Assembly: GCF_002113885.1 (NCBI RefSeq)
Contig: NW_018404851.1
Span: 69,113 to 133,112, forward strand
Reading direction: 5' to 3'
Source of the DNA: Mizuhopecten yessoensis
Taxonomy: Eukaryota
DNA: 64,000 nucleotides
Part shown: positions 28,767-41,959 of the stretch, in pieces
Numbering within the stretch: the first letter of the stretch is position 1
Layout: the number at the start of each line of letters is the position of its first letter
Program-made: the position numbers and the translations under genes
Notes under the pieces: model-generated
Seen by the model: the letters and a program-made list of their open reading frames with translations, nothing else
What the model was told of the DNA's origin: nothing
The model's database searches: none

Positions 28767-30181
28767 CCCAGTGGGCACAAAACGTCCTCAAAACGTTGCA
28801 GTTACCTCAGGACACAAAATTGCATTTAGGTAGCAGTAACGTTGCAAATGAAAGTTTGGGGGACGTTTTCATGTAATGTTCGAAAAACGTTTGTGTGTAA
28901 CATTTTGACAACGTTTTATTAACGTTGTACAGACGTTGTCGCCACGTCGTACTTGTAATCTAATATATACAGGGGTTCGTAACAAATATCTGAAATAGAT
29001 ACACATATGCTATACTGATATGAATCATTGCACATCCGCATACTAAGCATATGTATTTAAAAGATATTTGTAACGCACGTTAGACGAATAAAAAACAACA
29101 AACACAGCGTTACAAGTGCAAAATGTTTAATTGGTAGTTTGAATACGTTTGTAAATATCAACTAATTGAATTAATAATTGTATAAAGTTTATGTCGTTCA
29201 GTCTTCATTTTGACACAGTGCAAATAACGTTTTTGGACTACATATAAAGCACAGATAATTGATACGAGAATGCATGTGTCAGATGTTTACACACGCTCTG
29301 TCATTTTGTTTGTAAACAAATATTAAAAGTGTCAAAATGCAAACTGTACGAAAAACTTCATCAATAACTTACCTTAGTTGATATTGAAACATCTTCAAAC
29401 ATTCAGACTGTGAAGCTAGCTATTAATAATAATCAAGTTAGTGTGACCCCCTATGACCAGTGGTCAGTTTGAATCGAATGGGCAAACAAAGAACCGGAGG
29501 TACAAAATACCGCGCAAATCTTTGTGTTATTTTTTCTTTCCGTCTTTTTACATCAATTTCAACATTTACGATGTAAATTATCTTTATTATGATATGTTTA
29601 AGCAACTTGCATGCTATAGATGTCGACAATAAACAAAAATAATTTATTATATTTTATAAGGGAGTGCTGCCCTCTAGCGGACAATTTTTCAAAAATGAGG
29701 GGAGACAACACCAAAGTGATAGGGTCGTTATATTGCTGCTGCAGTAAGAACAGCTTTATTGTTATTGAAATGTTTGTTTAGTCATTACTGGATTAATTTT
29801 TAAATGCAATATTTCAAAAAAGTTATGTCTTTGGAAATATCCTGTTATATACAGTAATTAATATCTATTTTATTTAATTAAAGTAAACAGTTCCCGCATA
29901 AATCTCAATTTCACTCATTCGTATCGCTACGATCATTGTGTTTTATACTGATGATACAAACTCCAAAGTATTCGCATTTCTTTTTTATTTGAAATGATTT
30001 TATCGTCATTACCGTAAAGTTAGTCAAGTAACCTTAGTACAACGTTACTACCACGTCTTTTTCAAACGTTGCCCTGACGTTTGGAAAAAGACGTCCTCAC
30101 AACGTTGTTTTTAAGTGGCGGACGTTGTGACCAGTATAAGACGTTTTCCGGACGTTCTTCGGACGTAGTGTGTCCACTGGG
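28767..30181. mobile_element. Non-autonomous CMC/EnSpm-type DNA transposon, ~1.4 kb
   Basis: TIRs CCCAGTGGGCACAAAACGTCC / GGACGTAGTGTGTCCACTGGG. 2-bp TSD AT at 28765-28766 and 30182-30183. Subterminal AACGTT/GACGTT repeats at both ends. No transposase ORF. Confidence 0.8.
29663..29683 (-). promoter_or_regulatory. CTCF-like motif inside the EnSpm element
   Basis: Minus strand TGTCCGCTAGAGGGCAGCACT closely resembles the CTCF core consensus. Motif match only. Confidence 0.35.
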
Positions 30182-31948
30182 ATACCGATTGTCTTGTTAT
30201 CGTTTTTGTCTTTCACCGTATGAGTTGGAAGGTGCCAATCACTAAGTATTGGTCGCATCAAACATCTATAGACCTCGTTACTGCGACATGCAGCTTCAAT
30301 AGTCTCAATAACCTGTCGATGTCGATATAGATGTTTGATTATTTGTCATTCCATTTAGCAGTGTCAACATTGCCTATTAACAGTGATTCTGCTGGAATGT
30401 GGCAAGTTTCATATTGGAATGGGAAAACCTGTATAATGTAAGGTGTGATACAACTTGTACGGTGGGGAGACAAAAAATCAATATCTAAAGGTCTTTTGCT
30501 ACATGGATCATCTGACAACTATAACAGACATTTTCTTTAAGTCTAGCTCTTTTATAGTGATCTTTTTGATTTTAATTGTATAATAGTAATTAAAATGACA
30601 GATATTATGTTATATTATTACCGTGGATGAGAAGATCGATAACCTCTAAAAGTGCTTCATCATTACAGTCATAACAGTTTGATGTGTAGTTCAGATGTAT
30701 GGATTCTACTGGAGTGATGGAGGCCACATCACCGTATAAAAAACAATGTGTCACGACGAAGAGCTACTAATTGATAATTAATGAGTGGTGTACAGGAAAC
30801 ACATCTGTATTATGTCAGGGCATTATTGTATAACACCAATTATCTCCAATTAATGTTACACGTCAGCATAATTTGTTTAACGATGTTGAACCCTATTCTG
30901 TATTTGTCGGACAGAATTTTATTGATGATAAAGCATTATCTTGCTTGTTGTGTACCATCAAACTTGTTCAAGGGGTGATTTGATTCATTTTACAAGCAAT
31001 ATGATGATTTTACACAATCAGCGTGCATCGTAACGTTTTTTTTTGTAAATTAATATAACCATATGTGTATTATTACTATTTTGTACGATCAATTACAGGT
31101 ATGATGATGATTGTGGTATAAGTACTGCAGTGTGGGAGGGAGTTGTTGTATAGTTCATTTTTCCAGTAAATTGGTCTTCAAAAGATTTATGTTTTTATTA
31201 CAAAGAAAGGCAAAATGTTATTAAAACTATTATACAAAATACATTAAATAGCCTAAGGCGGAACGTTATTCCGTAAGTTTCAATTGACAACATCTTCCAT
31301 TGGTATAAAATAGTGTAATATGAAAAGGCAAAGCCTTAAAAGAGCGTTGCTTTTGTTGATCTCTGATCTCAGAATGAGATAAGATAAGCTTTATCTAAAG
31401 TCGGCAAGTCGAGGAATGACATTAAAACACAATCTCTAATGAGAATTTAAGACTTACATAACAATTATAAATAAATTCCATCCTGAACACCGGGTTTAAA
31501 TTCAAATGTTGTTACACTCAACAATGTTTGACAGGTAAAAATGCCAAATAAAATTATACAGTTTCTGCCTGTAACTAGTTATAATACATGTACGTTGCTG
31601 AAAAATTGCGTTGAACTCAACTCAACATAAATTCATTTTCAATTATTTCTTTTATGAGTTGTGCTGTATAAATACATTGTGTAAAGACTATAAAAAGACT
31701 TCAAATATTTTAGTTATTTCGTTCATATTCTCAACATCTGGCTTTCAAAAGCTGATGAACTTTTAGACGATGAACAAATACATGTACACACGTTCTGACG
31801 TTGACCTGACATCGGTTTAATGTCGGGTCTTTTAGAAGATATCTCCTGGCAAAAATGTTAACAGAAACTGGTGGATGACAAAAAGAATATTCAGAAAAAA
31901 TCCTCATTTTTACTTTTTGTACCTGTGGCAAAAACAGAAATAGATTAA

Positions 31949-32298
31949 AGATACACAGCAGCCGTTATAGATAAACAGCAGCCGTTATAGATACACAGCA
32001 GCCGTTATAGATATACAGTATCCGTTATATATACACAGCAGCCGTTAAAGATACACAGCAGCTGTTATAGATACACAGCAGCCGTTATAGATACACAGCA
32101 GCCGTAATAGATACACAACAGCCGTTAAAGATACACAGCAGCCGTTATAGATACACAGCAGCCGTTATAGATACACAGTAGCCGTTATGGATACACAGCA
32201 GCCGTTATAGATACACAGAAGCCGTTATAGATACACAGCAGCCGTTATAGATACACAGCAGCCGTTGTAGATACACAGCAGCCGTAATAGATACACAG
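31949..32298. repeat. 20-bp minisatellite (AGATACACAGCAGCCGTTAT)n, ~17 copies; outer cap of the left arm of the inverted duplication
   Basis: 20-bp period. The reverse-complement array is at 36698-36865. Confidence 0.96.
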
Positions 32299-33822
32299 CT
32301 GCACTTGCCAACTAATACTCGATGAAAGTGTCATTGGAATCATGCACATGACACGGAAGTCATTTGATAACGGTACATATAATAAACGGTAAAGTGTAGA
32401 ACAACAAATGTTGTAATTCATATACAAATGCATATCCTTTCATGTACAGTTTATAATTTGTTTATTTTTCATTTTTTGTTCTCCCATTGATGTTCATCAG
32501 TCTTTGAATGAGGAATATAGGGAGATTTAAAGAATCCAGTAGGAGAAGTTCAATAACGTTAATAATAAGGCGTCGAAGGCGTAATTATTTTCAAACATTT
32601 TTTTATTCGTAAGAATACCTTATCCTAATATACGAAAAAAAAATAGTAAAAAAGAAATTATTTTTCTTATAAATTATTTACAACCTTATATGCTAAATAT
32701 GAGATCTTCAAAAGACGTCTTAATCACAATATATCGAGACCAAGAATGACACTTTAATGAAAATATTACACGTTTCCGTTTTGTATGAAAGATTACTTAT
32801 TGGAAAATGACGCATTAATGAAAGTTTAGCTTATGAAAAATTGTACATTTAACAATATCATAACATGCCTTTAGGACATCTAATATAATTCTATCGTTAA
32901 TTAACGTAATTTATATCCTAATAACTTTTATTTGAGAGACATGACGAAGGAGTTGATACCTTTATGAAAGCTTTTACCATAAAACATGACATGTCGCTGA
33001 CAGCTTTAATACACGTCACAGTAATGGGAGGGAATTATTTCAATAACCTCAAGTGATCACTTTAATATTTGTCTAATGAGGCAAGTTAATTCGTAATTAA
33101 CGACAGGTGCCCACATTGAAGCACTACTATATTCCATTCTGATGAAAGAAGTGCTAACTGGGGAACCAGTGGTATGGAGAATTCTAACATAAACTATAAT
33201 TTAGATATATATTTATCACAATAACAATGTCTCATCACATATGGTCAAGTGATGTCGTTTACTGTATCATATTGATTACTGCATGTATACTTATATATAA
33301 TTTGAAGGGTGAAACTTTGTTATATATTATGTATTTCAATTAAATAATAATTCACTCATGGTACAATTACTGTTAAGTTGTAAATTTTCGTGGAGGATGT
33401 ATTTTTGCTGTTTTGTGGTCATCACAAATAGATCAAATTTAAATATCAAGCAAGTTTTGATACCATAAAATAATAAAATAAAAAATCCGGTTCAATTTCG
33501 CATTTTTCTTTATTTTGATCACACATTTTAAAACCAATATCCTATCACCCGAACACATACGTGCCCTTCTGTCCGCAACGCTTCCAACTCCCAATGTGAC
33601 GCGAAATACGAGTTGAAGACGAACACATGGCTTAAACAGTAGGGTTTCGTTTTATGAATTTAGTTAACGATCTTTACAGATATACGTGATTCTATTTAAA
33701 ATGCTTACCTCTTACGTTTACAGGCTATCTCCATGCCTGACTGTACCAAAATTTACCAAAAACATTATCAGTCTCACTTTTTTAAACAGCATTAACTGTG
33801 GTAGTTTTAGAATTGATATTAT
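31949..33822 (+). repeat. Left arm of long inverted duplication
   Basis: Reverse complement of 35174-36865 along its length. Inner end ..GTAGTTTTAGAATTGATATTAT. Confidence 0.95.
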
Positions 33823-33914
33823 TTCATTTTTTAATGATTCGCCAAACACTTAGTTCTTGAGATTGATGGGGCGAATCATTGTTGCTATGTTTTTCTGTAT
33901 TACATTTTACCGTC

Positions 33915-34200
33915 CTGAGATGCATGTACTGGTGTGCTGGTCAACTGCAATATGTACCTTGGGTAGGGGAAGCAGACATCAAGAAATGGAAAGTCGTAAT
34001 CGTTCCGCCTATCATACATCTTAGTAGTAAATCGTTATTGTTGGTCATTTAGTAGGTTGAGACAGCTGTAATCAAAAGTCTGTAGTGTCTTTGATTTCAA
34101 GTCGTTGAGGGTATACATGGTCGATGTGGTCAATGGATTTCTTGTTACTTAAGACAGTACATCGTCGATTCATCTAAATGTGAAATTGAAGGTTTTGTAA
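33915..34200 (-). mobile_element. Degenerate Penelope-like element reverse-transcriptase fragment (in the spacer of the inverted duplication)
   Basis: Across frameshifts the minus strand reads KTFNFTFR*IDDVLS..IDHVYPQRLEIKDTTD..TTKMYDRRNDYDFP. This matches the Penelope RT pattern FNFTFRYIDDVLS..IYPxELEIKDTT..LYDKRDDFNF. Confidence 0.8.
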
Positions 34201-34374
34201 CCAGTTATGAGATACAAGTATGATAGACTCGTCAATAAACTCAGCTTTGAATGTAAACAAAAACTAATAACAATAACGAAAAATAATGTTTAAATATCAA
34301 CAGTGACTTTGCCTCTAAGCATGGCATACTTCAACATCAACTTAGTTGAGGTGTTTCTTACTTGACCAATATAT

Positions 34375-34515
34375 GACATTTGATCAAGATCCTTTCAGAA
34401 ATGAAGTCGTTGGAGCGGTGACAAAATGTAACATTAGCACTAATATTAGAAGGTACGAATGCACAAACAAAACGCCATAACACCTCCGCGACTATATCCC
34501 GAGGGGTTCATAAAA
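34375..34515 (+). mobile_element. Possible 3' fragment of a non-autonomous Helentron (HINE)-type repeat
   Basis: ..TTTGATCAAGATCCTTTCAGAAATGAAGTCG..CCATAACACCTCCGCGACTATATCCCGAGGGGTTCATAAAA resembles the short 3' hairpin plus A-run of such elements. Recognised by eye only. Confidence 0.35.
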
Positions 34516-35173
34516 CGAAACGAAAACGGGAGACAAACTATTTGCACTAAATACATTAAAATACATAAAAATACAGCCAATCATCAAATTAGTTACAACG
34601 GTCTATACTGGTAACACACATTATCATACAGATGTACTTGCCCAGCGACACATTTGAAATAATGTCAGAGATGAATCATTTAGTACCGATTCAGGAACAA
34701 CATCAATTATAATGTTGTAATATCCGGTTACAATGTAGATGACAATTCGTAATTGAGAGAAAGCAGAGCGATGGAGAAGACTGATTAATGGGTATTCCAG
34801 ACAGCGTGTAACATACCTATTTACTACGTTACAGTATACATGTAGTGAAGTATTGAGGTGATACATATACAAATCATAACATTAATGCCATCAAGAATAA
34901 TTGGTAACTTCTTCCCGACGTCAATAACATGACATCTATTCATTATTTTCTGTAAAAACGCAATGATCGACACCCGACTTTTAGTAACATTTTGATTCAT
35001 TATTCGTTCACTGGTGTTATTCACCTGCTAATTTTTGCAACAGTTTCCATGTGAATCTTTCTTTTTTGTCATGCTTTGCTCTAGTTTTATCTACTTTGAG
35101 ACATTGTACCTGATTGCTACATTACCCATTGATCAAGAATGTTACTGCATATGGCATTTCAAAAATGTTTAGC

Positions 35174-36865
35174 ATAATATCAATTCTAAAACTACCACAG
35201 ATAATGCTGTTTAAAAAAGTGAGACTGATAATGTTTTTGGTAAATTTTGGTACAGTAAGGTATGGAGATAGCCTGTAAACGTAACAGGTAAGCATTTAAA
35301 ATAAAATCACGTATATCTGTAAAGATCGTTAACTAAATTCATAAAAGGAAACCCTACTGTTTTAGCCATGTGTTCGTCTTCAACTCGTAGTTCGCGTCAC
35401 ATTGGGAGTTGTAAGTGTTGCGGACAGCAGAACACGTATGTGTTCGGGTGATAGGATATTGGTTTTAAAATGTGTGATCAAAATAAAGAAAAATGCGAAA
35501 TTGAACCGTATTTTAAACTTTATTATTTTATGGTATCAAAACAGGCCTGATATTTAAATTTGATCTATTTGTGATGACCACAAAACAGCGAAAATACATC
35601 CCCCACGAAAATTAACAACTTTACAGTAATTGTACCTTGAGTGAATTATTATTTAATTGATATACATAATCTATAACAAAGTTTCACCCTTCAAATTATA
35701 TATAAGTATACATGCAGTAATCAATATGATACAGTAAACGACATCACTTGACCATTATGTGATGAGACATTGTTATTGTGATAAATATATATCTAAATTA
35801 TAGTTTATGTTAGAATTCTCCATACCCCTGGTTCCCCAGTTAGCACTTCTTTCATCAGAATGGAATATAGTAGTGCTTCAATGTGGGCACCTGTCGTTAA
35901 TTACGAATTAACTTGCCTCATTAGACTAATATTTAAGTGATCACTTGAGGTTATTGAAATAATTCCATCCCATCACTGTGACGTGTATTAAAGCTGTCAG
36001 CGACATGTCATGTTTTATGGTAACAGCTTTCATAAAGGTATCAACTCCTTCGTCATGTCTCTCAAATAAAAGTTATTAGGATATAAATTACGTTAATTAA
36101 CGGTAGAATTATATTAGATGTCCTTAAGGTATAGTATCATATTGTAAAATGTACAATTTTGCGTTAGCTAAACTTTCATTAATGCGTCATTTTCCAATAA
36201 GTAATCATTCATACAAAACGGAAACGTGTAAAATTTTCATTAAAGTGTCATTCCTGATCTCGATATATTGTGATTAAGACGTCTTTGAAGATCTAATATT
36301 TAGCATATAAGGTTGTAAATAATTCATAAGAAAAATTATTTGTCTTTTCTTTCTTACTTTTATATGCTTGTATTAGGACAAGGTATGCTTACGAATGAAA
36401 TAATGTCTGAAAACAATTACGCCTTCGACGCCTTATTATGAATGTTATTGAATTTCTTCTACTTGATTCTTTAAATCTCCCTATATTCCTTATTCAAAGA
36501 CGAATGAAGGTCAATGGGAGAACAAAATGAAAAATAAACAAATTATAAACTGTACATGAAAGAATATGCATTTGTATATGAATTAAAACATTTGTTGTTC
36601 TACACTTTACCGTTTATTATATGTACCGTTATCAAATGTCTTCCGTGTCATGTGCATGATTCCAATGACACTTTCAACGAGTATTAGTGGGCAAGTGCAG
36701 CTGTGTATCTATTACGGCTGCTGTGTATCTATAACGGCTGCTGTGTATCTATAACGGCTGCTGTGTATCTATAACGGCAGCTGTGTATCTATAACGGCTG
36801 CTGTGCATCTATAACGGCTGCTGTGTATCTATAACGGCTGCTGTCTATCTATAACGGCTGCTGTG
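35174..36865 (-). repeat. Right arm of long inverted duplication, ending in ~8 copies of the 20-bp minisatellite (36698-36865)
   Basis: Begins ATAATATCAATTCTAAAACTACCACAG and is the reverse complement of the left arm, with scattered substitutions and small indels. Confidence 0.95.
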
Positions 36866-37259
36866 ACCGGTGACTGGTAGACATTTAGATATGTAATTTT
36901 GCTCTTTGGTATGTAGGCGAATTATGGCACTGTTAACATTACTCTGATATCCATTTTCTGATTTGCCAAGATGGCCACTGTATACTAGCTTCTGATATGT
37001 CAAAACTTAGATAGTAACCCTTACTGTTTATTTAGCACGTAAATGCATAATGGCACTACATACTCTATCGGAATATATGTATTCCAATTAGACGATAACA
37101 CCACGTTATAATACTGAATTAAGCATGTAACTAAAATATTTATATTTCACGAAATTCTTTAACTGTTTGCTCTGTGCTGTTTATATTAGACTAGAATTAT
37201 CAAATACGTGCTGTATGTACGATAAAAACTGTACATGTAAAAAATACAACTACAATATT

Positions 37260-37817
37260 ATAAGACTCTTTCATGCCCAGGGGTATAGGATAGGGAAATT
37301 CCAACCAAGGGTTTTTCAAATTTGAAGCCGAGGTTTTTCCCAATTTGAAAATCCCGCAAGTGGAATTTCACTATCTTATACCATTGGGCATGGAAGAGTA
37401 TTTTTCTCTCATTCCAACCAACAGAATAAGATCAGAAACCATGAAGATGCGTTTGGACTGGCCAACATTTTAAACATATCAATTTTAGACGAAAACGAAT
37501 TAGCCAGCCATACTCCATTTTTGCAAACAATGTTTGCGCATGAAAATCAATCTCATCTTTCTAACGTGTACAGTAAATATGGTAAAATATTTTAATTTAA
37601 TCACGTCGCATTTTCCGCATTGCAGCATCGGAGAGTTCCAAATTCGTGACGTCACGTCATTGTTGAGCCATTGTGACGTCACGTCGCGTGAAATGGGGTG
37701 TTAGATTTATAGAATCCATCTCTGATGTGAAGTATGGATAAGGTTATTCAAACCCATAGCAAAGCCTCTGGTCTCCTGCTCAATATTTTATCCCGATCGT
37801 TTGAATAACCTTATCCT
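37260..37817. repeat. Dispersed repeat with a large hairpin at each end (probable non-autonomous DNA element)
   Basis: 5' stem ACTCTTTCATGCCCA..TGGGCATGGAAGAGT. 3' perfect 18-bp stem GGATAAGGTTATTCAAAC..GTTTGAATAACCTTATCC. Internal GTGACGTCAC pair. A related fragment lies at ~19985-20078. Confidence 0.55.
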
Positions 37818-38932
37818 TACCTCACATGTATATCATGTACATAAATGTCTTATATTGCAGTTGTTTTGTGAACATGTACAGTTTTTAAAAAGGGAACATG
37901 TACATAAATGTCTTATATTGGAGTTGTTTTATGTACATGTACAGTTTAAAAAAAGTGTTCATGTATATAAATGTCCTATATTGTAGCTGTTTTGTGTCGG
38001 CTACTATCGGCCATCGTATGTATTTGGTGAAAGAAACGTCAGCTATATCGTAACACCTAGTGTGCTGCTTCTGGATTTTTTTTATAGGACAGGATTTTTG
38101 GTATGCGTGGTGCAGTTTCTTGTATATTGAAAGGTTTCCTAGATTCTTTTTCTCAGTAAAATAGGACTGAAAAAAGTAGATGGTTTACAACAGCGAATCT
38201 ATTATAGTCCAGGTGATGATGTCGTTTGATCATATACGTTAAAAAATATAAATTTCAGTCACTGTCATTATGTTTAATATATATAGATGTTTCTATCATC
38301 TAAATGTGTTAGATATCCATCATAGTTAAAAACCGGAGAATGCTAATTTGACAATTACTTAAAGTAGGCTTCGTCATCAATCCAAGAAGAGACATTTCCA
38401 AATAAAATATTCGTAATGCCAGTCAGTTTCTTAGAATTACATTTTGTTTTGAATGAATTTAGACAGCTCACCCAACGTTCATATCTTCAATGTTAATTTA
38501 TTAATACAAATAAAGGTACCGTATGATCTTCATATCAATTAACGTTTTACTTATTAGATAAAAGCTAAAGGCGTATGATTAAGCCTTCCTTGAGCAAGTG
38601 CGATGGTAATTGTGGTATGTGTTTATTAACTCCGAAAAAACAGGGATATCGCAATGTTTCGAAAAAAGATCCGCTATAGACTAGATTAACTTGGTATAAC
38701 GTGAAAATAAATCCAAAGAAAGATGGCATTTGAAATGTTTATGTTGTGTTTATTGTTTATGTTTTATTAATAAACACTTAATACATCCTGTCAATTTATC
38801 ACTCTGAATGAATTAAAGTTAAGCTCCAATAATGAATAATGTATATTAGAAAACTCGCGCTAAAACTTTACATTTGGTTTTCACAAAGAACGTGTAAACT
38901 TGAAGACACTGTCGGGATAACGTGGTGCATTG

Positions 38933-39143
38933 AGGTGACAAAAGTAGATTATATGATGTCGGTGTTTACATACAGGTGACAAAAGTAGAGTATATGATGT
39001 CGGTGTTTACATACAGGTGACAAAAGTAGAGTATATGATGTCGGTGTTTACATACAGGTGACAAAAGTAGAGTATATGATGTCGGTGTTTACATACAGGT
39101 GACAAAAGTAGAGTATATGATGTCGGTGTTTACATACAGGTGA
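38933..39143. repeat. 41-bp minisatellite, 5 nearly identical copies
   Basis: (AGGTGACAAAAGTAGAGTATATGATGTCGGTGTTTACATAC)x5. Confidence 0.97.
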
Positions 39144-40769
39144 ACGCAGTGTAGGAATAATACCACATACATATTGGTGTGAAGCTGAATGGTGCGAAAG
39201 AGGCTAAAATCTGAGGAGTATCAAGTGATATTTTGACATTAAGGGAAAATGATATTTTCCGAACGTAATCCATCGATACTGTTCAAGGAATAAGACTAGA
39301 ACAAATAATTTATTCTTGTGACAAATCTGAATCGACAACATTACAGAAATTTTGTATCTCAATTTTGACGTCACCATACTCACTGTTTAAACACTCTAAT
39401 AGCATGATGGAATGACCGAAACAATTTCTGACAGTAAAGATTCAATGTAATAGATCCTTGTGTTTCTGTTTCACAACTCCACTAATAAATTATGTAGTAT
39501 ATTTTGAAGGCAGTCCAGAGAAAGTGGTCGGAAATATTAAATATTTCAAATTACTTTACACCATTGTAGACAATATAGGCCTGGAAACAAATGTAGGCAC
39601 CCATTCTTGTGCACCACTGTATAGGATAAGTGAGGTCATGTTACGTCAAATGCACGGCAGGACATGCATTCCTGTCAATTATAAGGTTCATAAAGAAATG
39701 ACACGTAAGAGCCGCCAGTGCAATGCTGCATTCCAACAACATGACTGGACGAGGAATAATTGTCAAAATGTGTTATACACTGTAGAAAGTATTAATGTGA
39801 CAGTTAGCATATCTTTAAAATGGAATTACACATAAACATCGAGAAACATCAAATATCAGTGAACGGTGACATTTTCCTAAAAAACCCACCGCGATTTTCC
39901 TATTTATACCGCCTCACCTTTATCAGTGTAGAAAATATTCGGCAAAAGATGTCTAGACACAATTTTTGTTCCCGCTTCATGGGATAAGTCAGTCAGAAGT
40001 AAATCGGTGCATCATATAAACAACTGGTTATTGATGTACTCTGACAAACGTGTTTGTTTCTGTTTAGTGAGAGGAGTCAGATTTGTCCTGAAAACGTTTT
40101 TGTTCCAGTTAAACAAGCTTAGTAGGTCACAATGTATTCTGTACACAGCATGAACAATCGGTTGGTGACTTGTTCTGATAAAACGATTATCGCTAATGTG
40201 AATGAAATATCGATAATAAGGAAAGCAACATTGCATTAACATATTTGTCGAATAATGTGTGGCATGACACAGTTGCTTCCTTTTGTTGACACCAACGTTT
40301 GCTGATCTTTCGAGCTAAAGGTATTTTGTTTACATTGTCTTCTTTAACAGATGGAGCTTCAACCGTATTTGTGCTGTTTTCAGTCGGGTAGAGCTACAAA
40401 AATTGTTTTCTTCAGTTTAATTTCGCGGCCTTGGAAACTGCGAAAGTAAATAGAGTCCAAGTTAAGTATGACATAGCTGTATAGGAAATGTTTATTTCTA
40501 CATTCCTTCATCGTCTGAAAGTGATACCAAACATAAATTTATTTTTTATTTTCCAAGAACTATATTTATTCTATAGACTCTGATGTCTTTTAACCCACCT
40601 TACCCTTTTTGACGTTATATATATCACGTATTCCATATCATCTATTTGTTATCTGTTTTATCAGTAACCTCCTTTTATTTTTAATTATCTACACATACAA
40701 TGCGAATGCTTTTGAAATGAACCATTTTGTCTGATTTTGTCTTCGCTACTCACATGTTTGTTAAAAAAA

Positions 40770-40999
40770 NNNNNNNNNNNNNNNNNNNNNNNNNNNNNNN
40801 NNNNNNNNNNNNNNNNNNNNNNNNNNNNNNNNNNNNNNNNNNNNNNNNNNNNNNNNNNNNNNNNNNNNNNNNNNNNNNNNNNNNNNNNNNNNNNNNNNNN
40901 NNNNNNNNNNNNNNNNNNNNNNNNNNNNNNNNNNNNNNNNNNNNNNNNNNNNNNNNNNNNNNNNNNNNNNNNNNNNNNNNNNNNNNNNNNNNNNNNNNN
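40770..40999. other. Assembly gap (run of N)
   Basis: Continuous N bases. Confidence 0.99.
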
Positions 41000-41058
41000 T
41001 GGCCCTAAATGACCACAGCCGTCGATGGGCCATTAAACATAAACAAACAAACAAACAA
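41000..41058 (+). mobile_element. 3' tail of a SINE; body probably lies in the gap
   Basis: CCTAAATGACCACAGCCGTCGATGGGCCATTAAAC followed by an (AAAC)n tail. Confidence 0.5.
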
Positions 41059-41959
41059 ATCCAAGAATTATCATGTTGAAGAGTGGGAAGCCCGGGTAAA
41101 ACATGATTCATCGAAGGGAAACATACAATGTAGTATCGTGTGTATATACTGCAAATACAATACATATTTAATTATACCAACATAAAACAAGAACACAATA
41201 GTACAGGTGATCAGGCTTCAGCCATTGTTGTCTGCTTCAGTTACGCAGAAGTCACGTGTTGTCGCTATTGCTCACTCATTTCTTAAAATGCTCCAAATGA
41301 GAAAAAATGACCAGAGAAACGCAAGCACGTGAGGAAACGCGATGTTTGCATTATCCATCATGTGTTCAATAAAATCTAATCATACAGCTTGTGCTAAAGA
41401 CTAGGTATAATATAATCTTTGTAAAGTATCATGTTATATATAGTATGGTACATGTAAAACATGTTAATCGCTATTTTTTTCATACTTAATTATGATTACC
41501 ATCTTTGTCAGCAGCTATTTGGTGTTTACAGTTAGAACGTGACACCCATGTTTATTGCTCTCAGACGACAGCCTCAATTTAATGACTATTTTCGTTTTGG
41601 AATCTAATCTTCCACATATATATGCGAAAATAGATAGACAGTCAGGCCTAAATATAAAATTTTAATTTCAATTTTGATACATCTTACATTGATATTCATA
41701 AATGTATCATACTATTTCTAAAGTGTCGACCATCTTTACATAGTCGAAACCTTAAAAGATTTGTGTATGAATAATAGGTCTTTGAAGTTATGTTAATATC
41801 TAAAACTATCTAGTTGGAATGAAGCATACTTTTATGTCAGCGTAAACGGACAAAATACATATTTGCCTTCTTAATTATGAATAATTGTGATTTGATTCTG
41901 GCGTCAGAAGTCTGTTTAAAAGAGTGACAACAAGTGATAAAAATGTTCATTTTTTAGAC

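Noticed and set aside
39458-39835. 125-aa ORF
   Set aside because: Non-ATG start, no recognisable motif and no supporting splice partners.
40727-41165. ORFs spanning X runs
   Set aside because: Artefacts of the N gap.
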